Under the pieces are notes generated by a model, which saw only the letters and a list, made by a program, of their open reading frames with translations, searched no databases and was not told where the DNA came from. The position numbers and the translations under genes were made by a program. A DNA stretch of 54,825 nucleotides, counting the filler, from Sphacelaria rigidula (Eukaryota): the NCBI GenBank assembly GCA_964200075.2. It is 5 parts of 5 records of this genome, joined end to end, with 100 filler letters (N's around TTAATTAATTAA, not from the genome) between each part and the next. Parts side by side here need not be neighbours in the genome. Positions count along the whole stretch, not along the records: positions 21,971 to 32,855 come from CAXNAA020005737.1; positions 32,956 to 43,840 come from CAXNAA020005738.1; 3 more parts are not named here. The stretch is one strand, 5' to 3'. Numbering within the stretch: the stretch's first letter is position 1; every line of letters begins with the position of its first letter. Below are positions 24,442 through 37,342 of this stretch, one piece after another.

Positions 24442-27400
24442 ACCTCACCTTGGGCTTGTTGGCCCATGGCCGTGCCCATCATCCCGACGGCACAGAGGCC
24501 GATGAATGTCCCGGAAAACATCGTCCCCTGCGAACGCGGTAGGAAGAGAGTAAGGCGCAGAAACACGCGAAGGTGTGCAGGGCTGTGCAACAGGCAGCGG
24601 GTGCGACACTCGACTGGCATTCCACGTTGCGGTCACTCCACGGTAACCTCGCGCAACTCCGCAGTCGTGAAAATTCTCCGCGAGCCCTCGCGCGAAGGCA
24701 GTGCGTTCTCCAGTAGTGAAAATGTTCGTGGGCATTCTCATCATTTTGCGATGGACCTCGACAGTGACTACAGCGTATGCAAAGTGTGCATGGGGCATCA
24801 TGGTGTCGAACGCCCTGTCCCTTAACGGGGACCTCGTGCTACTTCATCCACCCCAACGTTTCCGTGAGATAGTGGCTTCGATCATCCGCTTCAACTCGGC
24901 CAGGTTTTTATCCCGTGTGCGATGTTCGGGTGCCTCCATCATTGGCGTGTGCTCGACGCTTTTTACGTTGCCCGCCCCCCCCCACCAAAACCAGCCAAAC
25001 GTGTCACGAAAAAAAAGGCCATACATCGCCTGATGTTCGGGTTCAGGCTGCATGAAGCGCCACATATTGGCGACATTGGCTAGAACGGACCCAGGCGTGG
25101 GAGTTCCCAGGTTCTCGTTGTGCTCGGCTTTCCCCGTTTCGATTCACGTGAAGATTTCGCCTCCCGAACCCATGCACTGGAGCTATCGTAGAAAGTGTCG
25201 CTCACAGCCACCACAGCAAGCATATCGGGTCTTGCAGATGGGAATTTCGGAACTGTAACAATTCATTTACTACTTGCCCCTGCTATTCACTTTCGAACGT
25301 ATCCTCTACTCTCAAGTTCACGAAAACGATGTTCACGTTAGTCCGCGATGACGATCGGTAGCGGTTCATGAAACTGCGTTACACGCGCTCAGCGCAGTGA
25401 TGTTGCATACGCCACAAATACGAGACACAAAAATCAAAAACTGATCCCGACGGCATGTACTCCCCAGACCTCCGGCCGTGACCACCGTTTGATCATGTGT
25501 GCGGGGTGGGCGCACGGTTTTCTCATTCCTGCATTTTGACGGCGCGACCATGACTGCTGGTGTAGAGAGGCGTATGCTAATGGGATATAACGGCCGTTCG
25601 GTTCCCAATGCGTTGCGTTCTTCCTTCATGTATGGTTTCCACCGTGAAACGTGAGGACGTGAGTTGGCGCGGTGCGGGAGTGCTGATCCAATCCGCGAGA
25701 TCAAAATAAAGGGCACGTGCCGGGGGAGAGATGGGATGATCCCTCGAGACCACGGACTCCTCCCGAGGAAGGGGACGGGTTGGGGCAAAGTGTGGGGAAA
25801 ACAAACATAACATGACCCTGAGCGCCATCACAGCTTCGTAAGGTTATGCAGCATACTGAGCCGATCTCACTGAGAACTCATGTACCCTGGCCCCGTGTCC
25901 TCCAAAACAGAACCCAACATGCGACGGCAAGTGTCGGCACGGCCGTGGGGACCGCTGGAACCTATCCTCACACGAGGCAGAGAGAAATGAACGTTTGGGA
26001 GTCACGTGCGCCGATGAAATTGATGGCAAGTGGAGATTTGCAATAGGACGGGTGCTTCAGATGATCCGTCCCATCGGGAGCAAGTGGACAACGGGGCCTA
26101 GAGAAGGCATACAAAAAACACGTGAAACAATGTCGCGAGTCACGCTACGATGAGGGCGGGGTGTTCTATTCCACGAAAACGGATAATGGTCATGTCAGGC
26201 GACTCGACACTCTCGCGGTGCGCTTGTATCTAGGTGCAAACGGTGTAGCAGGATGAATTGAGCATCATTTGGCGGAAACACGGGTCGGAGTGAGGGATGA
26301 CCCCTACTACTCCCCGACCTACCCTAGCGTGATTGGCGTGAATGTACCCCTTCACGATTTCCTCGCCTCGTTGTTAATGGGATCCCCGACATCAACATCT
26401 CCCCGTAGGAACGCGTGGACGATGGGCGCTGGGAATTGGAGTGACTCACCCGTAGATTACATTTCACAATCTTGTGGCTGTTGGAACGCATGGAATGAAG
26501 CTCCGTTCTTCGAGGTCGTGGTGTCGAGGGCGTAAGGCCCACAGACACGTCTCGTCCGTTGTACCCCGATGAATACCGAGAAAATAGAAGAGTGGAGAGG
26601 GGGCGTACTCCTCCATTGCCCGCCGGAGTCGTTTGACCTCTGACCACGCATCCTTTTCGACATCAAACAGGTTTCGGGGTGTGTATGGAAGGAGGCGGTG
26701 ATCGTCCCAAAAGCGATTTCATGTTTCATGTCGTGCTTTTGTGGAAGGAATGGACTGAGGTGACCCCGCTTCCCGCTGTCGTAGGGTGATTACGTTTTGA
26801 ACCACGCGGTGCACAGGACGGCACACTCTCCCGCGGACGACACCAGATCCAAACGGCAACACGCTGTCGACACTTCGGCAAGACCGTAGGCCCAGCTTTG
26901 GGCACCAAAAAACATGACCTGCTAATGATCGAATGGTTCGACCGCCAATGTTGACTCGGAAATTTGACCAACCTTGGTGTTTGCCGACGAATACAAGCTC
27001 GCTGGATATATGTGGTACTGCCGATATTGTACGTGTTTGCTGCAAATCGTAAGTGATCAGCTGATGCACCCAGCTGCCGCGTCGTGCATGCGCTCGTTCA
27101 AATTGTGGGGTTTTTTCGTCAGTCTCCTCGTATCCCAAGACCGGCACACTGTCCACGGGTCTCGGAAGAAGATTTTCGGGCACGCAACCCCCCCCCTTCC
27201 CCAGTGCTTAGCCTGGTCCGGCGAGAATCCGGCATGCTCCGTCCCGGCTTTGTAGGGGCGGACCCCCGATGGGGTTGGCGTCGGTTGCTGATGTTGCTAT
27301 GAAACACGTCTCATCACGTAGGCTGGGCAAACAGGTCACCGCTTCGTTTTGCGCACTTGCGTTATTTTTCGCGGTAACCATGATGGTGGTCGAGCTAGAT

Positions 27401-27915
27401 AATGTTGTGCGGCGTGGGAGAACCCCAACTCCGTACAATGCGGATGGTCGTTGCATTTAGTGCTGACATGCTGAGGCACCTGTGAGGCAGTGTATAAGCT
27501 GTGGCTGTCCCAGGGGTGACAATATCAGAAAATAAAGCAACCCATTGGAGGCTGTCATCCAAATGCAAGATAGTCAGTAGGCTTTGGGTCGAACAATCTG
27601 AGCAGGATGCAGTTTACCTTTCATGCGACTGGCCGAATATACCACGGCGCTTCGCGCTTGGTGGTTGAGTGCGAGCCTGGTCGGGCGACAACCCGGCGTG
27701 CTCCGTCTCGGCTTTGTAGGGATGCGAGGTCAACGGTCTGATGACTGTGGCACGCATAATCACGAGTACACTCCCCCTGCACAGCGCCCGGGGCACAATT
27801 CTTCGACTACTGTCATGATTCCGTTGGTTCAAGACTCCATATTGTCATGATCTCGTTGATTCTCGTTTTTTTCTTCCCGTCCATGTTGCTGAAGACGACA
27901 TCGATCGATATATCC

Positions 27916-28136
27916 GTGATGCGTGAGAGGACCGCGTGCTTAGAGGACCGCGCCGTAGTTCAAAATACCTCAGTATCGACGTTCTTCAAAGCCAATCGGG
28001 TCAGTCCCTGCAGGTACCACGCCCCTGACCCCAACCGCAACACTAACACCAACACCAACACCAACCCTAACCCTGACCATCGGGATGTTCTAATTCAGAT
28101 GCGGTCCTCGAAGCACGCAGTCTTCTCACGCATTAC
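27916..28136 (+). mobile_element. MITE (~220 bp, ~35-bp TIRs) with internal (CCCTAA/CACCAA)n-like tract, copy 1
   Basis: GTGATGCGTGAGAGGACCGCGTGCTTAGAGGACCGC ... GCGGTCCTCGAAGCACGCAGTCTTCTCACGCATTAC. Confidence 0.85.
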
Positions 28137-28328
28137 AATATCGACAGAAATTGAAAGACCTGGTGGACTTTGCGAAGTTCGTATTCTTGCTGCTACTCCT
28201 TGCCCGCCCCATCCCGATAACTTCGGATGCCGACCATGTTTACACACAGGGACGCAGTCAAGCGCACGGTAGCAACAGCTCAAGCGGCAGCGTCATCTCA
28301 CGCTCCGTCAAACTCGCCCGGTGTAGTT

Positions 28329-28530
28329 CGTGAGAGTACCGCGTGCTTACAGGACTGCGCCGCAGCCTAAAACACCTCAGGATGGACGTTTTGCAAAATC
28401 AATCGGGTCAGTCCCTGCAGGTACGACGCCCCTGACCATGACATCAACACCAACACCAACACCAACCCCAATCCCAACCACGGGGATGTTCAACCTCTGC
28501 TGAGGTCCTTCAAGCACGCGATCCTCTCGA
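28329..28530 (+). mobile_element. Same MITE family, copy 2 (more degraded)
   Basis: Shares AATCGGGTCAGTCCCTGCAGGTAC..CGCCCCTGACC, the hexamer tract and partial TIRs. Confidence 0.8.
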
Positions 28531-28947
28531 AATCACACCCGACTGCTAGGTACTCGGGGGACACGACAGGAAACGTGATCCGATAAAAATGCAGTCATGG
28601 TAGTGACGAGCTAGGTAGCGGGGGGGGGGGGGGGGGGGGCTTTCCGCCGTATCCACGCGTCTCCATAACGAGGGTCTCTGTACACGGTAGCTGACCGCAT
28701 CCGCCATCGCCTTGGCAAGGGACTAGAGGATAGCAGACTAGGATTCCAACCCGCCTCCGTTTCACCCTTCGCGACCTCAAAATTTTCAATCTTGGGGTAT
28801 ACGTGTCGAGAAATCTTCGCCTCCTACGGACCCTCGCAATATCGTACAACCAGTAATCGACGTGGGTGCAGCCATCGAGTTCAAGTGGACATCCATGTTT
28901 GACTTCATCCGGTTGATGGGTGTACTGAATCAAGGAAGGGCAGACTT

Positions 28948-29155
28948 GTCACGCGTGAGAGGATCGCGTGCCTACAGGACCGCATCGGAAATTGAACATC
29001 CCTAGGGATGGGGTTAGGATTAGTGTTGGGGTTGGGGTTGGGGTCAGGGGCGTGGTACCTGCAGGGATTGGCCCGATTGGTTTCGGAAAACGTCATCGTC
29101 AGGTGTTTTGAGCCTCAGCGCGGTCCTCTAAGCACGCGGTCCTCTCACGCATTAC
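28948..29155 (-). mobile_element. Same MITE family, copy 3 (inverted)
   Basis: GGGTCAGGGGCGTGGTACCTGCAGGGA core in reverse orientation, with both TIRs present. Confidence 0.85.
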
Positions 29156-29379
29156 AAGAAGCAACATTTGTTTGTGAGGCGTGACAATGAGCACAGGAGG
29201 CGTCACTTTGTGCTCGTGCTCGGTCCGTGTGTATGGCAACGAGTCGAGAAGCGCGGGGAAACTTCGATCTCTCAACTGTTGCCAGTGGTATCCAAAAGTT
29301 AAGTGTTCAATCGCCGGATCACGTGCGTTTTTCGCAGAAGAGGGGTCTACTACAACGTATTTCCCTCTATATCTCGTTC

Positions 29380-29640
29380 GCCGGTCGCCCCGGTGGCTCA
29401 ATTGGTGACCTCGTAACCTTTTGATGGTTGAGTTGTGCGGTTCGATTCCCGGAGGTATCTGGGAGTTTTGCTTACACCATACCCAGCAGTCGAGGGCGAC
29501 TATGTCGTGTGTACACAAAATTCGACTTGGCGGTGAACGAGGGTAAGGGACTGCTGAACCCCTCTCGCGATAACAAATGAAAGGCAAGCACACATCCCGA
29601 AAGGGGTAGACTGGCGCCCAGAGGGAATGGGACGACGACC
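29380..29640 (+). mobile_element. tRNA-derived SINE, second copy
   Basis: GCCGGTCGCCCCGGTGGCTCAATTGG ... GGTTCGATTCC head. Body homologous to 12030-12380. Confidence 0.8.
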
Positions 29641-31264
29641 TCAGGGTCCACATACTGATTTTAGGGACATCGGGCGAGCTCACAGCACATCAGTGACACC
29701 TGCCGAGCTCGACACAACCGCTACGTGACTTTGGTGGACACGTCGACCCCGTCGTTCGCTTCAAACGCGGCGTCTTGGATACGCAACTCATTTTAAAAAA
29801 CTCGAGCTCCGCGCTGGTTCTCATGTCACGTTGTTATCCGAGCCAAGAGCACACGGGTGCTGTTATATTGACGTGAAAACACCTCTCCCCACACTTCCGT
29901 AGCCTCCCGCCAACGGCCGGCCGGAGCCCATGCAATGATGTAGATGAGTTGAGATACGAGGCTTTGGTGGCCGTCTTGGTTGGGCAGACGGCATGCACTG
30001 TATATATAGGGACAACATTTCGAGCACTCATTTGCTCGAAAATTACCCATGAGTTGCGCTAACTGCAAGTTAGAGGGGATGGCGGCATCTGTCAATCCCT
30101 ACACACAGTCGTCCTCATCTGCACACACCAAGGAGCATAGTCAAAATAGGATCGGGTCGCTACCTTGTTGCCACCGCTCCATCTTCACGACCAAATCGTC
30201 AGTCCTTCAGACATACAGCAAAACAGGAGCAAAACACGCATGACCTCTTGACCTCCACACATACGGGGAAGCAACCATACCGAAATCTGCCTTTATACGA
30301 CGACGCCGCACACTCACCGTTCTTGGGGCCAAGTCAGATCACTGCTGCCTGCCTGCCTGTGTACGGCGTGTGTAGGAGATTGTGCTTGAGTGATGGTGAG
30401 GCGGAGGGGAACACACACACGGTATGCACGTGTTGGAGAATGTCCCTGCTGCGCTCTACTACCAGTAGTCCTGTACGAAGATTAGGATCTTGAACAAGTA
30501 GACCGGTGGTGTTGAACAGAACTTACTCGATGCAGCATCGAACAGGGGGCGACTCAACAGCTCGGGAAGGCCGGTCGCCGTGTTCCTGCCCCCCCCCCAC
30601 CGTTAGACCGATCAGATCGCCGTGGACAGGACACATCGAATGTTACCTCGAGCTCCCCAAAAACAAATGTTGTCAAGGAGACCCGGTATTTTTACTCGGA
30701 GGCGCAGCTGAGTCATTCCCGACCCAGATCCCCAAATACGTGGTCGACGAATTTTCGGTACCAGGTACAGTACCAGCCTGAAATGCATGAACAAGCAACG
30801 AGGCCTACCTCCTCGCCGTGCTAGCCTGCAAGAACCAGCAACGAGGCCTACTACTCCATACTGAAACGTTGATGGTGCAGATGCTCCTTGATCGATGTTG
30901 TCGGATACGTCGAAAATACAGGAAACACATGCAAACCCCCAAAAACTGCGCAGATGATAGTTTTCCCCTTCTTCTCCGCGAATATCGGGCAGTACAGGTG
31001 CTGGCTATTTGTTCGATGTGACTTGTTGAATCTTGCGACACATCGGCGCAATGAAGGAAACGTTTGCACGGTTCGGACGAATCATCACGACTACGGATAA
31101 CCAAATCCACGATTCCTTCGGCCTGAGTGCCCCAAAGGGAGAAAAACGTTGACCGCTGGTCCGAGGGGTATCCACGAAACGTTTGCGCCATTCCACGTGT
31201 CTGGGCCGCGTGTACCTGGCTTGCAACGCTGGAAGGAAATTGTAGGGATTCATTCGTACAATTT

Positions 31265-31640
31265 AAATCAATCATACTAGAACCAAGTGATTTCTAGACG
31301 AATCATTGTTTGTCCGACCATTGAAAGTTGGAGAACTTGACAAACTTGTCGGAATAGTTCTGGTCTCGAGAAGAAACGAAGCGTGCACACGTGCACCCTG
31401 GAATAACGTCGAGAACAACCGCTGGCCGTTGAAGTTCACGTGGGTTCGCAGACCCAGCACCATTGCTGGCATATAAACATGGAATATTGCACGCCCTGGA
31501 CAACATTTCATGGATAGCAGGAGCAATAATAGACAAAAATGTACTGCGTGTGGAGTATGGCAGACCTATTGCAACTATTGTCGGTACTAGGCCTATATTT
31601 CACGCAGTGCATTTTTTGTGTGCCTGTTGGAACTGTTGAC
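31265..31640. repeat. Old dispersed repeat shared with 10995-11070 and ~37085-37260
   Basis: ATACTA(A/G)AACCAAGT(A/G)ATTTC(C/T)AGACGAATCATT.TTTGTCCGACC shared with 11005-11050. CCCTGGACAA...TTGCAACTATTG...TTCACGCAGT shared with 37090-37210. Confidence 0.7.
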
Positions 31641-32562
31641 CCAATACTATATATACACATATATATTTATTATAAAAGACTTCCGGAAAACAAAATTTTG
31701 ACCCAAAAACTCGGGGATAGTTTGCGTCTTCTTACGAAAATCCAATCGAACGATAATTATCCCCCAGGTTTTCCGGCCTGTTTTTGTTTTCCGAAACTCT
31801 ATGCCCGGAGTATATATTTGTTTCTGTCAAGGATGTGATATACTTGGTTGTGCATATATATTGTCCGGAGTGTGGAATGTATACTAGTAATCTGCAATCG
31901 ACCCAAGAAAAACACGCCATCTTATATTATGGTAGACACGTGGAATATTGTCACCAAGCGAGTTTCTCAAACTGTGGCTGTACTGTATGGTCATTGCTCG
32001 TCGTCCTAAAGGAGAGGTTCGTTTGATATACAACATGTCCACTGAGCTATTAGTAAGGGCTGACTGTTTAGCTCAGTGGATATGTTGCCAGTGCTGACCG
32101 AGGCTCGTTTGCAGACCTCAGGAGTTCAGTTGAAAACTTGAGAAACTCGGGGTATCTCAAGCGTGTATTTGTGTGTATGAGTGTGTGGGGGGGGGACGCA
32201 AACCCCCGGGAAGTTGGGGAGGGATCGGGGGAGGTCTTCGTGGCCCGCGGAATAAATTTTCAGCTGACGCCGCCGACCACGTGAACCCGACGTGTTTGGC
32301 CTGGCTGCCACGCTATGAATTGTGCACCCTGTACACCAGCACAGCGCTTCCAACCAAACCAAGAGGCTGACAATTGTGCATAATAATACATGATACCCAA
32401 GCAGAGTGCAGCAGCCCCAGTGTCTCAGCGCTTGCCGGAGATAATCGAATATACTCACACTCAAGTATGATATACATGGTTGATTGGATTTGCCTGGAGT
32501 AGGTTTGTACCTCGGTTGAGGATCGGGTATGAACGGTCAAGTGCGGGTACTGTTTGCGACGG

Positions 32563-32855
32563 TTAACCCTTAGACAGCGAGCATCGCCTCGGAACAGTTG
32601 TACAGGCCGACGGTCCCGAGACATCCGGGGGTTTCCAGAGCTGGGGGAGGGTGGTTTTAGTAGACCTAAGGATTTGTACGTAAACAATGGTTGGTACTCG
32701 ATTTTACTTGATTTCAGACTGAACAAAGTTCTGAGAAAGTTCATGGTCTGGGGCAGGTGAGCAGTGGACCCAGCTCGTCCAGAACGTGTTTTGGTCCAAA
32801 ATCGGCTGAAAGGCGTCGATTTGAGCTCTGGCAACGCACACTTTGCCCAGGGAAC
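32563..32855 (+). mobile_element. Possible piggyBac-type non-autonomous element end, cut by the contig end
   Basis: TTAA followed by CCCTTAG at 32563, the canonical TTAA|CCC terminus. The other end is not visible. Confidence 0.3.
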
Positions 32856-32955
32856 NNNNNNNNNNNNNNNNNNNNNNNNNNNNNNNNNNNNNNNNNNNNT
32901 TAATTAATTAANNNNNNNNNNNNNNNNNNNNNNNNNNNNNNNNNNNNNNNNNNNN
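32856..32955. other. Artificial contig spacer
   Basis: 44 N + TTAATTAATTAA + 44 N. Confidence 0.98.
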
Positions 32956-34003
32956 ATGACTATGGCACGCATGGTCATGAGCACACCCCCCCCTTCCCTT
33001 GGATGAGTGCGCCCCCCCCCTCCCCTCTGGCAAATATACAGATCAAAACACGAAGTGTTTTGTCCCCACGAACACATCAGAATGTGGCTTCAAACGAGAA
33101 GGTCACTATCGTGCAAAACAACCCTCGCCGTCATGCAAATACCAGGAAAAACGCAAGTGCATTCTCACCCCTCGGAAGAACTACTTATGGCATCGCTTAC
33201 TGTACGGTTAAACAGAAAAGTTGCCAGGATACGACCGTATTTTTCATGCTCGAGTCATACTTCCATCGCTGTTCCTCACTAGGAACAAGCCCGTTGTTTC
33301 AAGGGATCGACACATGTCTCTCCCTATATGTAATGTGCTCCCGCTTCATATTATTCAACGTTGGGTCAAGACCCCTATAGCCTGTCGCCTTGTATTGCAT
33401 TCCGAAGGGTATGGAAATTCGGCAGCAGCACACTGTGACCAGAACAACGGTCTGTCCGCTAACGCCGCCTTTTCTCCTCTCTCGTTCTCTGTCCCTGTGT
33501 GTGTGTATGTTGTTCCCCGAACGCGACTCTGCTACTTGCTTAGTTTTTTCAAAGCACTACAATGTCATCTCCGGCCGTCGTGGGCACTCGGGTCCAGGTG
33601 AGACGCGAAAATTCTGATGTGCTTATAAGGCTGTGGTGTACTCGACGTTAAAGCGTACTGGTGAACGGTATGTGAGGGGATGAGAAAGACAGGTGTGGAC
33701 ACGGATATTATTAGCAGAAAGAACATACGCTTTTTTGCAATGCCAGCGGAGGAATGTAGAGTTCTTTGTGAGGAAAAGCCGAACATTCACGGAACATCTG
33801 AACGGAGAGAAAAGCTGCAATGCGAAACAAGGATGGTGGACGTGCTGTGCATAAAGGCTGTGCTCAACTGGCGTTTGCTTGAGGATGGGGTTCTGTGCAT
33901 GAGTGCGGCGTTGAGCTACCGAGGTCTAGCATTGAAACCGGAAGACGGATCGCACCTGCCGCCCCATCCACTACATAATGCGCGTTGTTTTTTCATCCGT
34001 TAG

Positions 34004-35158
34004 GCACTGGAGAAAACGCAGAAGGCCATCGAAGAGAAAAGGCCGTGGTACGAAGCTGTCCTCCTCCGGGTGGAGACGGCGGAGGCTGCCGCCGGGGAGA
34101 CTACCACCAAGGTGGTCATCGAGGGGTTTGGTCTACTGGTGAATGCAGCCAATATCGATGCCGTGAAGCCCGCCTGTGTTGTTCTCAGTGCTCTGTTCGA
34201 GGCTGTGAAAGGAGCCACCGCTGCACGGGAAGAACTGCTTGACCTCCTGAGCTACTGCGTCTTGATCACGAGTATCGTACTGGACAATGCCCGTGCGGCG
34301 GAGCTGCCCGCGCACATCCAGGCGGCTTTGCAACAGGTGGCAAGCGAGATCACCAACATCCATCAAACCGCGAACCAGTTCGACGCCAAGCCGAACCGTG
34401 CTTTGCCTGGGCGAGGGTTGCGCCTGCACCGCAGGCATAGGAGCAGGATCAAAACGCACAGGACGACTCTTGAGACTATATTGGCCACGGCGACGAGTGC
34501 CGCCGCACTTGCTACAGCTACGGACGCCAGCGCTGTACGCACCATGTTGACCCACTCTTCCGCGCCTGGAGGTATGGCGAGGATTCCGCTTGAAGCGCGG
34601 GCGCGACCTCGAAGTTACGTAGAGCGCACTGCTCTCGTGTCGGAAATCGTTTCTAAACTCACGGCAGCAGATACTAACAGTGCTCCGTACGCACTATTCG
34701 GTATGGGGGGAGTAGGCAAGACAATGTTAGCATCGGCAGTCGTTCGCAACCCAGACATCCTGAAGCACTTTCAGGGAGGGGTCTACTGGCTTGGCGTAGG
34801 ACGAGCTGATGGGACTCAACTTTTAGCTCTCCTGGAGCGGCTAGCCGCTAAGGTAATAGTATCTCCCACAGGTCCGCGATACTTCGACAGCGAGGACGAG
34901 GTGGTTCGCAGCTTGACTGCGGCTGTATTAGAAGATAAGCTGCCCCGCCTGGTTGTGGTGGACGATGTGTGGCAGCGCGACATTGTGGATCGGCTGATGC
35001 TTACGGGACTTCGACTGCTGGTGACCACGCGTGTCCGCGCTGTAGTTGCCATGAACGCGGGGTGCACGGAGGTGGGAAACATGAACCAGGTGGAGGCACG
35101 AGAGCTGCTGAAGTCGAAGAGCGGCGCAGTGGCACTTCCGGAGAGGGAGGCTGACCAG
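34004..35158 (+). CDS. NB-ARC-TPR (NLR-like STAND) protein, large exon: helical N-terminal domain plus NB-ARC core
   Basis: 1155-bp open exon between a TAG acceptor (34001-34003) and a CAG|GT donor. P-loop GMGGVGKT, RNBS-A-like HFQGGVYWL, Walker B LVVVDDVW, sensor LLVTTR. The start-codon exon was not identified with certainty. Confidence 0.93.
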
Positions 35159-35465
35159 GTAGGTACAAGTGTGGCGGCCACTTGTTCACGATGGAGCGTT
35201 TGAGAGGTGCAAGCCGTCCTCATCAGTCGACCGCGAGCACGGTCCTACCCATATCAATGTCTGACGCGATTGCTGATATCTTGTTCGACGCAATAATGAA
35301 CCGATTCACAGAATAAACCCTGTCGCTGTCAAAGTGAGACTGCAAGCTGTATTGTCTTGGTAGTCGATGTTTTTCTATAGTGCGAACTTCCTCTAGACTC
35401 GCCCGACTACATCCGCGGCCTGTGTTGGTATGTCGGCCTCCTCCCTCGTGATGTATCCGTCGTAG

Positions 35466-35780
35466 GTAGCTGAGGAATGCGGGCGGCTGGCGTTGGCCCT
35501 AGCTATTGTAGGATCACTTCCGTGTGTTACTGGAAGTCCAGACTCTGCTCTATCGTGGCAGCGGCTGCACATAGAGATCAAAAAGAAGAAAGCAACCCGA
35601 CTAGGTCTGCAGATGAGCAGAGACATCGCCGACGACAAGTCCAAGCGGTCACTGTATCCTGTGCTGTCCGTGAGCCTGGAAGAGTTGGGTCAAGAGGAGC
35701 AGGACATGTTCCTGAGTCTGGTTGTGCTGACCCGTGGTGTTTGGGCATCAACTGCAATGCTGGCCGCGCTCTGGAAGAAG
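35466..35780 (+). CDS. NB-ARC-TPR protein exon (GLPL-like CGRLALALAIVGS; LSVSLEEL...FLSLVVL...LAALWKK)
   Basis: 315 bp, phase 0, AG/GT boundaries. APAF1-like helical and winged-helix motifs. Confidence 0.9.
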
Positions 35781-36444
35781 GTGCGGTTCATTCGCAAGCG
35801 TCGTTGCATCGGCCACAGACCTCTTGACATACGTGCTACCTGGTGAGGGTTGCGAAATCAGCACCATTTTTACAAGCCATGCCCCATTCCTGTGTAAGGG
35901 GTGTTCTAGTCGGCATGTCCGATGGTTGACATAGCTTGATTCATGTACACTGTGAGCTTACACTTGATTCCGAGGTATCCGGCGCTCATATTTGCCTGGT
36001 ACGGTGAAGCGTTAGGTGTGCCCTCCATGTCGGCAGCAAGTTCACTTCAACGTCAGCCAAGATCAAGCTACCAGTTGTTCGCAGTTGCAATTCAAAAACA
36101 AGCTGAAGGACACCTTTGGATCCACGGCGATTGAAAAAAGAGCTTGTTTTCAATTTTGATGCCGAAGCTAGTTGATCTCAGTGTGGTACTTCTCACCTCC
36201 AGACGTTCTGGGCTTGGCGTACGTCGGTCGGGGGCATGGGTTGAACGTTGGTAAGATGCGAGTCCTCGTCCATGTAGACTATTTACAGTGGACGAGTGTG
36301 AAAAGTAAGAATTCAGGCTTCCGCAACAGCGTTGTGAAGTGATCTTACTGTAAGTAAGAGCCGTCGGAACCGTCGTTTCGTGAAACTTGTAGGATCGCGC
36401 TCGCCTAACACAGACTTGTGTATGGTGACTCGATATCGCTGCAG

Positions 36445-36837
36445 GATGACGAAAGTGCAAAGGAGAACGCTGATTACCTAGCGCAGAATGCACTGTTGCA
36501 TGAGGTGGAAGGCTCCTTTTTCGTGCACGACCTGCTGCTGGATTTCATCAAACTTGAGTGTAGAAGTGAGGAGAGGCATGGGTTGGTCGAGGATGCTGTG
36601 GGGCGCCAAGCGCAGTACTTGAGCAGACTTTCTGTGGTCTGGGAGTTTTTCAACAATGAGGGACTGAGCACAGACGTATACGCGCTGGGTCGTTTGTGGT
36701 GGTCACTGGAGGAACTGGCCGGCAATGAGCAGCTGCAGGTGGAGAGATATAGAGCCAGCCTGGGGGAGTTGGGTCGAGCCGAGTCGACGGACGTGGCCGA
36801 CGCGTATGCGCTCATCGGTACACTGTTTCACCGACAG
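36445..36837 (+). CDS. NB-ARC-TPR protein exon (MHD-like VHDLLLDF; helical linker to the TPRs)
   Basis: 393 bp, phase 0, CAG acceptor and GT donor. Ends in a TPR helix-A-like segment (DVADAYALIGTLFHRQ). Confidence 0.9.
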
Positions 36838-37342
36838 GTGGGTTCTTGGTATGGTTGTCACGGCCATTCTGGCCTTGGGTCAAACCTTTATCAGGAGATG
36901 AGACGGCTTTTGCAAGCTATTGATTTTTGGTGAAGAACGCCCACAGTACGAAAGGTGAAATGTGACCCGAGCAATGTCAAGGTGTTTCCACCGAGAAAGT
37001 GAGGCTCGTCACCACGGTGACTGCAGCCAAGTACATCGCTTAGGCTGGAGGTGTTGTCAAGATGGGTAGTGGTATTGTGAAAGGTTCACACCCTGGACAA
37101 TTCATGGTCAATAGAGGCGAAAGACGAGAAGTGTACTGCATAAAGTATAGGCCTGTTGCAACTATTGCCGTCCGATAGTTGTCGCAGTAGGCCTGTACTT
37201 CACGCAGTACGTTCTTGTGTATTGCAACCATTGACCATATATTGTCCAATGTGTGGAAAGGTTTCGTCCCGTCGAAAATATGTTGAAGCTTTGGAGTGGT
37301 TGATGAGCTATTCGCTATTGCCAATTGGTCGTCGTGACACAG

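Noticed and set aside
24445-25250. hAT-like transposase relic on the minus strand (IPICKTRY..., FLPSDTTDVFLSE)
   Set aside because: Motif similarity is too weak and fragmented to call without a profile search.
31272-31526. piggyBac transposase fragment (GRAIFHVYMP)
   Set aside because: Single short motif, and the homologous DNA at ~37040-37130 does not retain it.
33740-33835. First coding exon of the NB-ARC gene (MPAEEC...ETRM, ending ATG|GT)
   Set aside because: In-phase candidate, but the donor is weak and there is no homology support. RNA-seq is needed.
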